DNA from: Sphyrna mokarran
Taxonomy: Eukaryota
NCBI GenBank assembly: GCA_024679065.1
Contig: JAGIQG010000011.1
Location: 63,922,001 to 63,986,000, forward strand
Reading direction: 5' to 3'
Length of the DNA: 64,000 nt
Within the stretch, counting starts at the first letter, position 1. The number at the start of each line of letters is the position of its first letter. The position numbers were made by a program, and so were the translations under genes. Shown one piece after another: positions 49,650 to 62,844 of the stretch. The notes under the pieces are model-generated. The model saw only the letters and a list, made by a program, of their open reading frames with translations, had not been told where the DNA came from and searched no databases.

Positions 49650-51665
49650 TCATAGAAGATACAGCCAGCTAATCAGTTCCACTGCACTGCTTTCTCTCTA
49701 TAGCCTTACTAATGCTTTCTCTTCACACATTTATCCAACTCCCTTTTGAAAGTTGTTACTGAATCTGCTTCCATCAGTCTTTCAGGCAGTGCATTCCAGA
49801 TCACAACTCACTGCATAAACAATGTTTCCTCACGCCACTTCTGGTTCATTGATAAGCACCCAAAATCTGTTCTTCGGTAACTTTGTTGGTGCAAACAATT
49901 TCTTCTCCTTTATTTTGTCAAACGTTTCATGATTTTCAATTCCTTTATCAAATTTTTTCTTTATCTTCTTGAAATTTCATACCCAGGTTACTCTCCTAAT
50001 AAACCTATTCTGTCCCTTCTACAAGGCTCCCATATGTTTCTTATGATATGGTATCTAAAACTGAACAACAATACTCCACTTACAGTTTGATAAGGGTTTG
50101 GAGTAACTTGCTTGCTTTTGTACTCAATGTCTTTATTGATAAAGCCAAAGTTCATATATTGTTCTTTTATATATCTAGGTTTTTCTGTTCCAGCATCCTT
50201 CGTAAAAGTTGTGCCATTTTGTTTATCTTACTTTTCTTCCATCTTCTTACCCCCAACTTTATGCTTCACTACATTAAGTACCATTTATCATCCGTCTGTC
50301 CAGTTCTGTTTTCCTGAAGTCTGTTATTATCTCCCATATAGTGTTGTGCCATTTGTAGACCCAAGTTCAGGTCACTAATATATATCAAAGAGATTCTTAG
50401 TACTGACAGACTTGGGAACAGTACTGTATATTCTGTTCCAGTCTGTAAAACAACCATTCAACTTCACTCTCTGCTTTCTTTCTGTTAGCCAATTTCCCAT
50501 CGTCATTTCCTCTTAAATTCCACAGATTTTAATGGAGCTAACAAATGTATTTATGGTTCTGTAACACTTTACCCTCATCAACTATTTGCACTATTTCATC
50601 AAAGAACCCAATCAAGTTTGTCAAGCCTGATTTGCCTTTAACAAAGACTTTCATTATTAACGCAAATTCCAATTAGTTTTATCCTGGATTGTTATCTCTA
50701 AAAGTTTCTGTATTTCCAATACTAGGCTAAGCAGTCAGTAATTGATGAGTTTATCCTCCTTCTCTGAAAGAGGGTGTATTATTAGCTATCCTCCAGTGCT
50801 CAGTGCATATCCAGTGGAGATGTGAAAGATTGAGGCCAGAGCCTCTGCGATCTCCATGTTTACTTCCCCCAGTACATTGGAGATTCATCAACTTGGTCCA
50901 AGCGCTGCCAATCATTTAATATATATTTTTATCCAAACTAATATCACTGTTGCCTCTTTTTTTAACGTTGATACTGATGGCATCCTTTTCTTCAGTGAAA
51001 ATGGATGCAAAGTACTCATTTAGTACAGCAGCCATATCCTCTGCATCCAGAAACTGATTTCTATTTGGTCCATAATCAGCCTTATTTCAAATATGGTTAT
51101 GCTTTTATGATTTACAAGTTTATAAAAGACTTTTGCGTTCCCTTTTATGTTAGCCAATGGTGTATTTTCATACACTCTAGCCAAAACTTTCTACTTGTTC
51201 CCACTGATGGGATTTTCTGGTCCTGCCCATGGTGATCCCTACCGTGGCGAATGGCGCAAACAATGGGAAAACCCATCAACAACGGTGGGACTGGAAGGTC
51301 CCACTGTTTACCAATGGCAGGCTAACTCTACCACAGCAAAGCTTGCCTTGGAGGGAAGATGGTAAAATCCTACCCTGTCTTTTATTCCCTTCCCCCAACC
51401 ATATCACCTCTCTTCTGTGCTTTCAATACTGTATTAGAAATAATACATTTGTCAAAGGCTTCAATTTTCTTGTTTTTTTTTAATCTTACATTATCCAGGA
51501 AGTTCTGGCATTGGATCTCTTTCCTCTCTCTTTCATGGGAATGAATACCAAAACCATTTTTTCCTTGAAAGCTTCCCATTGTGCAATCACTGTTTTGCTC
51601 AGCGATTTTTCTTCCAGTATACCTAGGTGAGAACTCTTTACAAATCACTAAAATTAATCTTCCTC
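49650..51665 (-). mobile_element. Decayed CR1 ORF2 and 3'UTR
   Basis: caggcagtgcattccagatc, aactgaacacaatactcca and tcaagtttgtcaagcctgatttgcc blocks, collinear with 19150-21230. Confidence 0.75.
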
Positions 51666-51671
51666 CAGTTA

Positions 51672-51968
51672 AGGACAGCGCAGTGGCACTGCTGCCTTAG
51701 AGCACCAGGGACCCAGGTTCAATTCCTGGCTTGGGTCACTGTTTGTGTGGAGACTGCACGTTCTCACTGTTGTCTGTATGGGGTTCCTCTGGATGTTTTG
51801 GTTTCCTCCCGCAATCCAAAGACATGCTAGTTAGGTGCATTGGCCATGCTAAATTCTCCCACAATATACGCGAATATGCGACAAAGTACAGCGACTAGGG
51901 GGCTTTGACATTAACTTCATTGCGGTGTTAATGTAAACCTACTTGTGACACTAATTAAAAAAAACTTT
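51672..51968 (+). mobile_element. tRNA-SINE
   Basis: B-box caggttcaattcc; tail gtaaacctacttgtgacactaat. Confidence 0.88.
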
Positions 51969-52954
51969 GTAGTATTCTCAAACTTGATTGTTTTTTGTCC
52001 TTTTTCACAACTATTTTAAATTCGAGGCACAAATTTTCCACGAGAAATGGTGCAGCTCTTACAATGTGGTAATGGTAAAAAATTCTAGGTCTCGCTAATA
52101 GGATTCAGGTAAGAAGTACAGAAGAAAGGTACGGACAGCAAATGACATTAAATCATGCTGGTAACGAATCTATGTATTCAAAAGTGTTTGTGGGTTAAAA
52201 AATATACCGCTTTGCATTGCAAATCATGGCAACCGCTGTTCTTCAGGATAATAAAAAAAAATGCATTGTTCCAGCATTGATGACAATCTGCTGCAGGTTA
52301 ACACCAGCACAATAATTATACCCAATGCTGAAATTATGACATTCTGCAATTATTGTTTTAATAAAATCTGTTGGAAATGGAAGCTGACCTTGAATACTAA
52401 ATAGGAATAACAGGACAATATATATTTCTCAATTGTGAGGAACATTCAGCAGATAAGTTTACTTCTCAATGCTGCATAATTAATCTTTACTCAGTTCTCA
52501 TAAATATAACTTGAGATAAGGCAAAATGGGATTTAACACTGACCTTTGGCAGAGGCTTAAAACTAGCAGATTTCAATGGAAAGGATTCTGTCTGTAAAAA
52601 AGACAACTGGTTCACCACTGTTCATTTTATGTTTCTGCACTGTGGCAGTTTATTAAAAAATTCCGACAGTGTGTCTGAAAATATATATACATTGTTATTG
52701 AGTATTTATGCTCATCAGGATGAATGTTAAGTGTTTTGAAGTATGTTGCAACTTTGAACTTCAGGGACCAATTAGTGCAGTCAAGCATTTTGAAAAAGAC
52801 AAGTTGTTCTCGGGATGTGAGTAAAGGGGCAAGGTAAAATTTACTGCCTTTTCCTTGTGTCCTCACACTGTAAAACTGGCACCCCACACAGAATGGCCGA
52901 AATCATTTGTGAACCAGAAAGATAGTTTAAGTAGCTGCTTTTACGATCTATAGA

Positions 52955-53186
52955 AAGAAGTCTCACAACACCAGCTTAAAGTCCAACAGGTTTATTTGTA
53001 GGAAATGCCAAAAGCTTTCAGAACATACTGTTCCTTCGTCAGGTGAGTGGGAACTCCCCACTCAGCTGACAAAGCAGCAGCGCTCCAAAAGGTTCGCTAC
53101 CAAATAAACCGGTTGGGCTTTAACCTGGTGTTGTGAGACTTCTTGCTGTGTTTACCCCAGTCCAACGCTGGCATCTCCACATCATG
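52955..53186. mobile_element. Penelope-derived palindromic element, family A
   Basis: Inverted arms 52955-53051 and 53057-53144 plus an asymmetric extension. Minus-strand arm has CTGACGA...GAAAGCT. Confidence 0.8.
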
Positions 53187-54279
53187 ACTACTAAACTAAT
53201 GCAACCCTATGTATCCTATGAGCAGTTTGCTCATTCGAAACATTGGTTATTTAAATGGATACCATTATTATTGGTGAACAAGACTGCAGCAAATTATTCT
53301 TGAATAATAAAGCAGGATCATAATTAGTTTTATTTAAACTACATCTTCCAAAATAAAATCAAACTGATGTTAAAAGTGATTAAATCAATGCTTCTTAATT
53401 AAATGTATATAATTGAACAGAATTGCTTCAATCTATGAACCTCTGCAAATCAAGTTAGAACTGTATTTCTTTGATAATATGGGCACCAAACTATATCCAC
53501 CATTCTGGTGGCATTGGAGTCTGGTTTTATATCAGGATGCTGCAATGTGAGATTCTCAGAACATTGATTGGTGTCACCATGAACCCATCAATGTTGTTCA
53601 GGAGGCTTAGGAGAGTACTGAAACATGTAGCATGCTTTATTCCTCAAAAGTCATCAATGTGCAGCAGTGCGAGCTCCAACATAATACTATTTAAGGATAC
53701 TTGGACCATGCAAGACTCTATTTACAGTATTAATTGAGCATGTTTGCTATTGCAGCCAGGGCTGAATAGTGCAAACTGTAACCCAACACCAGTGAAGGTG
53801 ATTAGGTATCCAAGGGGAAAATACATTAATGAGGTGCACACCGCTGAGTGAACACTTGTTTCTGGTTTAGATGAAGCACTTAATTCCTGAGTGGCAATTG
53901 TGTAATTGACTATAATGGAAATGATAATGTTTAGTGTTTCTTGTTTAAATTGAGCAGTTGTTTAAATTGGTCAGAGTCAATTTAAGTGATGGGGACCATA
54001 TCATGGTGATTTGGTTTAAACCAAATTAGATCAGATATTTCATTCACTGGATATACAAACATATGTACATTTAGTGAAGCTTCACTATTTAAAAAAAAGT
54101 GTCATTTCTATTTGAATTGTGCATTGGACAACATTTATTCCTCAACACTATCAGATCAGTCGTCCTGTGGCTGTTTGTGAGATCTCACTCTGCACCATTA
54201 GCTGCTGCATTTCACTACATCAGGATAATACCCCATTGCCCAGAAAGCATTAGGAATGCCGAGGATGTGAATGGTGTTA

Positions 54280-54740
54280 CATCGGAGGATGAGCGGATTA
54301 TCTTATCAGGAAAGGTTGAGCCAGTATCAACTGGAGTTAAGAAGGAGGAGAGATGATTTTACTGCAACATACAAGATCCTGAGGGAACTTGGCAGTGTGG
54401 ATGCTAGAAAATACTTCCTCTTGTGGGAGAGATAGAACCAGGAGACACAGTTTAAAATTAAGAGGCCTCCTATTTAAGACAGAAATGAAGAGAAATCTTT
54501 CTCCCTTAGGGAGTTGTGAACTTGTGTAACTCTCCTCCCCCGAGAATAGTAGAGACAGGATCTTTGAATATTTTTAAGGCATGTGTAGATAGATTCTTGA
54601 CTAACAAGGCAAAACAAAAGATATTGGGTTAGGCAAGAAAGTATCATTGAGACCATAATCAAAACTACCATAATCTTATTGAATGGTGGAGCAGGCACGA
54701 GGGGCCAATTGGCAACAACTATTCCTAATTTGTATGTATG
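54280..54740 (+). mobile_element. CR1 3' fragment, preceded by a Deu-SINE tail at about 54115-54280
   Basis: FKTEMKRNLSPLGSCELV*LSP-like end of ORF2 and CR1 3'UTR. Confidence 0.75.
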
Positions 54741-55346
54741 TAAATGAAAATTTCTTTCTTTTCCTTCACATTTAGAGATTGCCAGTACGTACAGAATTTT
54801 GAACAGCTGTGAGCCATTGCTCAATGCAAATGCAACTAAGATTCCTTAAACTATTTTCATGCAAGATCCTCAAGAGCGAGGAGAAGTGGTGCTTTCAACT
54901 CATTACTCTGAGCAGAATTTTCATCAGGCGGCTGGGTAAAGAGGACAGTGGGCTGAACTACTGCGCCCAAAGTCCTCATTAATGAAAACTACAGCTATTT
55001 AGAGTAAGTACCAAATCACGAGATGCTTCATTTACTAAATTAGAAATGAGTGTGAATACAAAGGACAATTGCTATCAGCATTTAAAACAAATCTAATGAG
55101 CTGAATTTTACAGACCACCAGCAGGTGGGAAAACAAGAGGGTAAACCCATAACTTAGGGTGCCATGCTATTAACTGTGTACCCACTGCCACTCCAACTAC
55201 CCCACCCCTCCATGATAGTATTGGCATACAGAGATGCTGGGGGACATTACTTCCCCACAGTGCCCTTAAGTGGATAATTAATGCCCAATTAATGGTGTCA
55301 TCCTATTCCAAAAAAACAGATGGAGATAGAGGCCTGTGGCTAACCC

Positions 55347-55608
55347 ATTCATGGAATCTCTACAGTACAGAAGGAGGCCACTCAGCCCATCAAGTCTGTA
55401 CTGACCACAATCCCACTCAGGCCCTATACCCACAACCCCATGTATTTACCCTGCTGATCTCTTAAATACTAGGGTGAATTTAGCATGACCAATCAAACTA
55501 ACCCATACATCTTTGAAGTATGGGAGGAAAACAGATCATTCGGAAACCCACACAGACATCAATGTGCAAATTCCAAAGTAAGCTGAACGATGAACCTGGT
55601 CAGAAGTT
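55347..55608 (-). mobile_element. tRNA-SINE
   Basis: Conserved core and tail. Confidence 0.8.
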
Positions 55609-55799
55609 GGGGAGGGATTTTTGTTTGTTGTGTATGAACAATAGTTCCTCTCGCTCACAGAAATGTCACTGGAAATTCTACTCCTGGGGTTTTTTTGTTC
55701 TTGAAAAGGACAAAACGTCCCTCCACACAAGAGAACAATCTTACTGAATCTCTGTGTTTTTTGTTGAATTTTCAAAGATATGAAAAATAAAAGGGAAAA

Positions 55800-56360
55800 A
55801 AAAGACTTGGATTTATACAATATCTTTTACGATTTCAAAGTTCACAAGTACTTTATAACCAATGGCATATTTTTGAAGCTTAGTCACTGTTGTCACACAG
55901 GAAACTCAGCCAATTTGCACCTTAAGCAAAGTTCTACCAACAGCAATGTGATAATGATCAGATAATCTGCCCCTTTGCAGTGATGTTGATTGAGGGATTA
56001 ATATTGGTCAGGACAGCAAAGCTACTGTTCTTCAAAATAGCACCTATGTCTTTCTGAAAGATGGTGAGTGAGATTCTCTGGCCTGCCCCTCAGTGTTTAT
56101 CTTGGTGGCAAGAGGTGGCACGCCATTCACAGGCAATGCGCGAGCTTCTGGTCCCACTACTGTCAATGGGAATTCCCACTGAAGCCACCCCAAGCTGCCA
56201 GAAAACCTACAGCAGGAGGTGCACCACTGACGGGGCCAGTGAATCCTGTCAGCGTGAATGGCCAGAGAATTCCGGCCAGAACCTCTGACACTGCAGTGCT
56301 CCCTCAGTATTGAAATTTGTTTCAAAATTCAGCATTTTGTTCCCAAAGCTCTGGAGTGGA
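55800..56360 (-). mobile_element. Deu-domain SINE (SacSINE1/AmnSINE-like) split by a MITE at 56065-56279
   Basis: aacagcaatgtgataatgatcagataatctg, tcttcaaaatag and tctgacactgcagtgctccctcagta blocks. Confidence 0.65.
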
Positions 56361-56407
56361 CAAGAAGCCATCAACCCTATGGGGTCAATGACGATAACAA
56401 ACACATT

Positions 56408-56572
56408 GAACATAGAACATAGAACATTACAGCACAGAACAGGCCCTTCGGCCTTCGATGTTGCGCCGACCAATATAAAAAGCAATGCCCCTCCAAACTA
56501 AACCATTCCCTTCTCTTCCATATACTTATCAACTAACCTCTTAAACGCCACCAAACTTGGCGCATCTACAAC
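56408..56572 (-). mobile_element. Young CR1 3' stub
   Basis: Only a few mismatches to 26182-26347. Confidence 0.92.
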
Positions 56573-57999
56573 TGAAATTGGGCAGGATTGTCCAGCCACA
56601 CTCGCCCCAAAACCCCACCCGGGATCAATGGACCTTTCCATGGTCCACAATAGGGCCACTCCAACTCCCATAGCAGGCGAGATTGTAAAATTTGCCCCAT
56701 TTTCTTTAAAAATTGAAGTCTATTCCCATATCATCCACTGAAAATCTGACCTGGTGAGGGTTAGCTTGTCTTACCACTGACATTTTAGCAGGGTGTGAGG
56801 ATGATAATTTGTATCACCAATGCCTTGATATTGAATTGAAACCTTGCAGCAACAGCAAAGCAAGTTCTCTGACTGATTCTCCAGGGCAGATTATATGAGA
56901 GCTGCAGTGGGAATCTTCCACAATAGGCATGGTTATGTCATAAAGACGTTGGGACAGCGGCGCGGGCTCGTTGGGCCGAAGGGCCTGTTTCCCATGCTGT
57001 GTTGTTCTTTGTTCCTTGTTCTTTGTTTGCAGTGTTAAATTAAGTTAGCTACACAGTTAAGAACACATTCATTTAACTTGAACGTCCTTGTTGCTATTGA
57101 CTGGCAACACCAAACCCTATGTGGGTTTGAAAGTAACTTATTGTGACTATTATATTTCAGAGAGAAACAGCTAAAATCAAGGATAACCTAAACCAGAAAC
57201 ACCAGCTTCCCTTATCCGTATTCCTTTCAGAATCTGTACTTTACTCAGTGTGATTAATTCAGTACTGATGTTGCAGTGTTTTTTTTTCAACTTGCTCGGC
57301 TCCACGTAAGCTTGGCAGCAAAGTAATTTAAGATGAAAAATGTAAATGTCAACTACTGGTAATGCAGCTTCTCTAAAGGCTTTTCCCAGCAAAATTAGAA
57401 AAGGAAGCTAGCTGGCAAACAGCGTGGTGGGATTGCATCAAGGTTCAATGCAACACTAATGTCCCTCCTAACTATAACACTGATTACCAATTGTTACAGA
57501 ACCAATGGAAACGTTGGTCACAGATAAGATTTTCCACTTGTATTCTGGACATGCAGATCAGCCCACACTACGAGAAACTGCTCAATTCTTGCTTCATTGA
57601 TTTCAAGATGGACAATTCACATGTTGGGAGACTATTGAAAGATATAAATGCAACAAAGGACTGGGAACAAAAGTGTTAGCAAGGAAAAGGGGCAAATTGA
57701 TACAGGCTAAGAGCCAGGAAGTATTTGAAAACTCATGGAATAGACTGAGTACGGTGAAAAAAAGATCACATCAGAAAAGAAGCTGTACAGCAAAAGTGTA
57801 ATAAATGCAGAAGATAAAAAACACTTCCGATAAAATTGTCACTGAATGTCCTAAGCTGATAGATTGGCCTAGATCTCCCAGTCCCCAGAATGTCAGATCA
57901 GCTGTACTGACCTCTGGGGGAACTGTCCAGGTAGTTCGAACTTTCGACAGGCTTCGAAACGTTAGTGATTGCACGAATCAATTCCAGCCTTCCAGACTA

Positions 58000-59220
58000 T
58001 CTGGATCCATGATGTTTGCCTACTGCCACAACAGGTCCACAGCAGATGCCATTTCTCTGGCCCTGCATTCAACTCTAGCACACCCAGATAACAAGGACAC
58101 CTATGTTAGACTCCTATTTGTTGACTACAGCTCAGCCTTCAACACTATTATTCCCACAAAACTCATCTCCAAACTCTGAGACCTGGGCTTCAGCATGTCC
58201 CTCTGCAACTGGATCCTGGACTTCCCAACTGTCAGATCTCAGTCAGTAAGGATAGACAACAATACCTCCTCCATGATCATCCTCAATACCGATCTCCCAC
58301 AAGGCTGTGTTCTCAGCCCTCCCCCCACTGTACTTCTTAAACACCTATGACTGTGCAGCCAAATTCTCCTCCAATTCAATTTTCAAGTTTGCTGACTTCA
58401 TCACTATAATGCGTCGGGTCTCAAGCAATGACGAGACAGAGTACAGGAACGACATAGAGAATCTGGTGAACTGGTATGGTGACAATAATCTCTTCCTTAA
58501 TGTCAACAAAACGAAGAAGATTGTCATCCACTTCACGAAATATAAAGGAGAACATGCCCCTGTCTACATCAATGGGGATAAAGTAGAAAGGGTTGAGAGC
58601 TTCAAGTTTTTAGGTGTCCAGATCACCAACAACCTGTCCTGGTCCCCCCATATGCTGACACTATAGTTAAGAAAGTCCACCAATGCCTCTATTCCTTTTA
58701 GAAGACTAAGGAAATCAGCTCTGACTCTCACCAACTTTTACAGATGCATTATAGAAAGCATTCTTTCTGGTTGTATCACAGCTTCGTATGGATCCTGCTC
58801 TGCCCAAGACCACAAGGAACTACAAAAGGTTGTGGATGTTGCCCAATCCAAGACGCAAACTAACCTCCAATCCATTGACCCTGTCTAAACATCCCACTGC
58901 CTCGGCAAAGCAACCAGCATAATTAAGGATCCCACGCACCCTGGACATTCTATCTTCCACCTTCTTGCTTTGGGAAAAGATACAAAAGTCTGAGGTCACA
59001 TACCAACTCAAGAACAGCTTCTTCCCTGCTGCTGTCAGACTTTTGAATGGATTTATCTTGCATTAAGTTGATCTTTCTGCTCACCCTAGTTACGACTGTA
59101 ACACTCTGCACTCTCTCGTTTCCTTTTCTATGAACAGTATGTTTTGTCTGTATAGCGCACAAGAAACAATACGTTTGACTGTATGTTAATACACATGACA
59201 GTAATAAATCAAATCAAATC
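58000..59220 (+). mobile_element. Rex1/Babar- or L2-type LINE, RT to 3' end, disrupted
   Basis: [18 protein letters not shown]...[29 protein letters not shown] (YADD broken), VESFKFLGV; (AAATC)n tail. Confidence 0.92.
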
Positions 59221-59484
59221 TTCTCCGGGAACCTTTGCAAAGGTCTCCAGTTCGATGTTAGAGTTGAAAACTTCAGATATTCCGTGTGACTTACCTGAAT
59301 AATTACCCAGGAAATATTAAACAGAAAAGTTCTAGTCTAACTCCTGGATAACTATAGGACTGATCCCCAATCATTCAAGCTGACCCACCGACTCCACCCT
59401 GATAAACTGATTACACCTCCACTTGTATCCCCAATACTCCCAATCTGACCTGATCATTCCTTGACCCAACCACCCTTTCCAATA

Positions 59485-59580
59485 CCAAAAGAGAAAATGC
59501 TGGAAACTCTCAGCGGGTCTCAGCATCTGCAAACAGAGAAAAGAACTGATATTTTGAGTCCAGATGACCCTTTGTCAAAT
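59485..59580. mobile_element. Penelope-derived family B arm nested in a degenerate DNA element (about 59220-59995)
   Basis: Same arm as 24748 and 46481. Minus strand reads TTGACAAAGGGTCATCTGGACTCAAAA. Confidence 0.65.
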
Positions 59581-60378
59581 AGCTCCTGTCAAAGACCTGA
59601 TTAACCACCCCTCCTGGCCCAACTACCATGACCTATCTAACTACATATCAACTTATCACTCTACCCACTGCCACCTCAATCATTTGTCACCTTACCACTC
59701 TACCCAAAAGTCACACTAACCTCCTTCAACCTTACCCAATCTCTTACCCATCCTACCCATTCACTCAGTCCCCTCCTACCCATTCCCTGACATTGACAAT
59801 AGACCTTTAAATTTATCATATGATAGCTAATGCCATAATGCGACTTATCCTCCACTGGATGGAGTCCTTTGTGGGACTGCGCACTCCGTATTTCTGAAGA
59901 AGCCAGGCTGGGAAGACCTGGCTGGAAATACAGAGCACCATTTGAGGGGAATGTAATCCGACAATGATTGCCACTTCACAGAAGATCCAGCTCATTAAAC
60001 TTAAAAAAAGAAAGCAACTACATATTAAATTAGAAGTTATTTAATGGTCAGATAAAGGCTACGACTGTATTTTAGGGTGTTTACTATTATTCTATTTTCT
60101 CATCTCAGACCAAACCCGCAGGCAAGTTTTCACTCCCTCTGTGAGTATATTTTTATCTACTCAGTATCTGGATCATCTTCAGCAAGCTCAGAGACTGAGA
60201 AAACATGATTCTTGTACATTGGCTTATTAACATCATATGCCTTCAAGTTGCTTTCCTTGTCTGCAGAAGGATGTAAATAAAATTAATAAAAGCATTTCAC
60301 CTAAGTCCATGACTTGAAGTATAGTCACCAAACAGATTTATTAAATAGTAAATGGACAAGCGTATTGAAATAAAATAC

Positions 60379-61450
60379 TGGGCTGAGTTTTGAGCCTGTG
60401 TTAGTAGTCAGCGCAAACAGCGAGATGGGCACTCCGAGAATTGGCAAGCTCAATTCTCACCGACGCGATCGCATTTCCTGATTTTCCACATCACTCATCA
60501 ATAAAGTAACAAGGTTTCTGCCCTGAAAGGTTGGGGACTTAATTCATATTAATTAAGGTCTAAGTAGTGAACTCTCCCGCCAGGACTGTCCCCCTCTCTG
60601 AATATTCATTACATGCCAGTGTACTATTTACGACAGCTGTATAAAAATGAGAACCTGGTAACCTCACCTCTCAATGGGATATCAGAGAGGAGTGTCCAGG
60701 TCATCATCATCCTCCAGAGTGTCAACTGAAGAGGCAGCAAACAGAGAGCCCAGATAATTAAAATTTGGGGCTGGCTGATAGGGGAGGTAATGGTGTGTTG
60801 AGTCTCAACATTTATAAGGGGTTGAGAGGAGGGTCACTCTTGGTCTTTCATCATTGTGGGCCTCTAGATATCAAGGGGCAGACAGCAGTTCTCAGGTCCC
60901 CTTTAATGGCCTTGCAGCCAATATCTCCAAGGAGGAATTGTTCTTCTAGTGTGGCAGCTGGAAGTGGATGGGAGAGGATGAAATCATAGTGTCAACAAAA
61001 GGGACGACTGTGAGGTCCCTGGGTGGGTTTCATGGAATGTTAGAATGTATGGGCAGAGGGTAAGTCTGACAAGGAAAATTTAACAGCAACATGAGAGCAG
61101 AAGACCCTCACAGAGAGGAGAACAGGTAAAGTCAGAATGAACTCCCACCCTCAGGCTGCAAAGTGCATCCTCAGAGCATGAGCTGTCTGCAAAGGGAGCT
61201 GATCCTCTAAGCACTGACCTTCAAGGCTTACACTCACCACTCCATAATAGTGTCACAGGCGTTGTCCCTAATGCAAGGCAAGAGGATACTGGAGTCAGAT
61301 CATCACAGGCAAGGCATGAAATGTGTGGAATAAAACTCTCTGTTTAAAGAGACTGAATATATGCTGATTTTAATCGCCAATGGTGGGATTCTCTCAGGTT
61401 TTCTCACTGGGACTGACACTTTAAACAAATACCCAAAAATTTCACATCCA
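60379..61450. mobile_element. Degenerate non-autonomous DNA transposon
   Basis: Starts TGGGCTGAGTTTT; GC-rich internal blocks resemble the other Harbinger-type elements. Confidence 0.4.
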
Positions 61451-62844
61451 CTGCTGGTTGACAATCGTCACAAACTTAACCATAATTTCTCAGAAGCTAG
61501 AAAATAACTTGTCACTGCTGCACTATACTGCAGTGTAAGCCAAACCTGACACAAGATACCTGACTACTAAACTTCTATGACAATTTATTGCTAACCATTA
61601 ACAAAATCACTCTTGCCTATCGAATGCTGATAAATTATGGTAAATTATTCAATTGGAACTAGATAATTCTTTTTGTCAAATTTTAACAGGGACAAAGGAA
61701 ATTTAAATATGTGGCTCTTAACTTAAAAATAAGTTGTGATTCAAATATTCATCGTCGTCTTGTCTGAACTAGTACTGGTGGGCTCAATTCTTTCAGATAC
61801 AACACCAACTTTCACGTATGGTTTTAAAATGGGAAGCATGTGGGCAACTGTTCGCTTCAGTGCTGTGAGTGAGGCTCATGCTGCTTTAATGACTGACTGC
61901 ACATGCCAAAACTGCATTCTCATGTAGTCAGACTGTATGAAAAATTGGCTGGCTTTTATGCCGACACAGCTAACAATCTGGGCCTGGGGAAGGATGAGGC
62001 AATAACATGAGGCACTTGGCACACAAGCCAGCAGCAGGTTGGAATATGTTTGTGGTGGCACAGGAGCATTCCTGCTTACGGTCATAGAGTAATAGAGGTT
62101 TACAGCATGGAAACTGGCTCTTTGACCCAACTTGTCCATACCACTCTTTTTTTTAAAAGCCCCAATTGCCGCATTTGGCCCAATAGAGGGCCTGACTTCT
62201 CCTGACTCCCCCAGAAAGGCAAACAGTTTCAAATAGTTTACGTAAGTCATGTTTAGTGGTCCTTTCAAGGAACGTTGATTAGCCCATTCAGTGCAATGGA
62301 TGCTGTATTTAACTGTACCTCAACATTGCAATTATGCCTCTGTGTACGATGAAGGATCCTATTTTACATATTTAAATGTGGATTCCCACTGAATTAGAAG
62401 GCGTTTTTGTCTGCCCATCCTTACAAGATGGTAGCAGCTGGAGGGTAAATTGGATAACCATTTTCAGGATGCAACAGCTTTGTTTATTTGGGTTGCCACA
62501 TTCAAATTATCCTCAGAATCTCTTCTGGCTCTATTTCGAGCAAAGCAGACGTTTTTTAAAACCATGATATTGGAGCCAGGATAGAAAGAGAAAAAAAAAG
62601 TCAGTTAAAAAATACACTTCGTTTTTGTCCCAGTTATGCCCTCTCGTTTGAATCTGATGTATTTTTATAAGACAAGTACACGTAATTGAAATGCCAATGG
62701 GCTCAAGAAATAAATCTAATTTTAGTTAATTAGTGGTCAGTGAGAAGAAAATCCATGAATCTGGGAGCTACTTAGCATACAAACCAAGAAGACCAAGTGG
62801 AGGAAGAAACGGATGTGCAGAATGAAGGACAGGCAGGGGAAGAT

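Noticed and set aside
57350-57415. Minus-strand LLGKAFREAALP, faintly like the human NCKAP5 penultimate exon
   Set aside because: No convincing acceptor/donor pair, and the similarity is too short to exceed chance.
59285-59340. Perfect CAG|GTAAGT donor on the minus strand
   Set aside because: Lies inside a degenerate repeat, with no plausible NCKAP5-like exon upstream.
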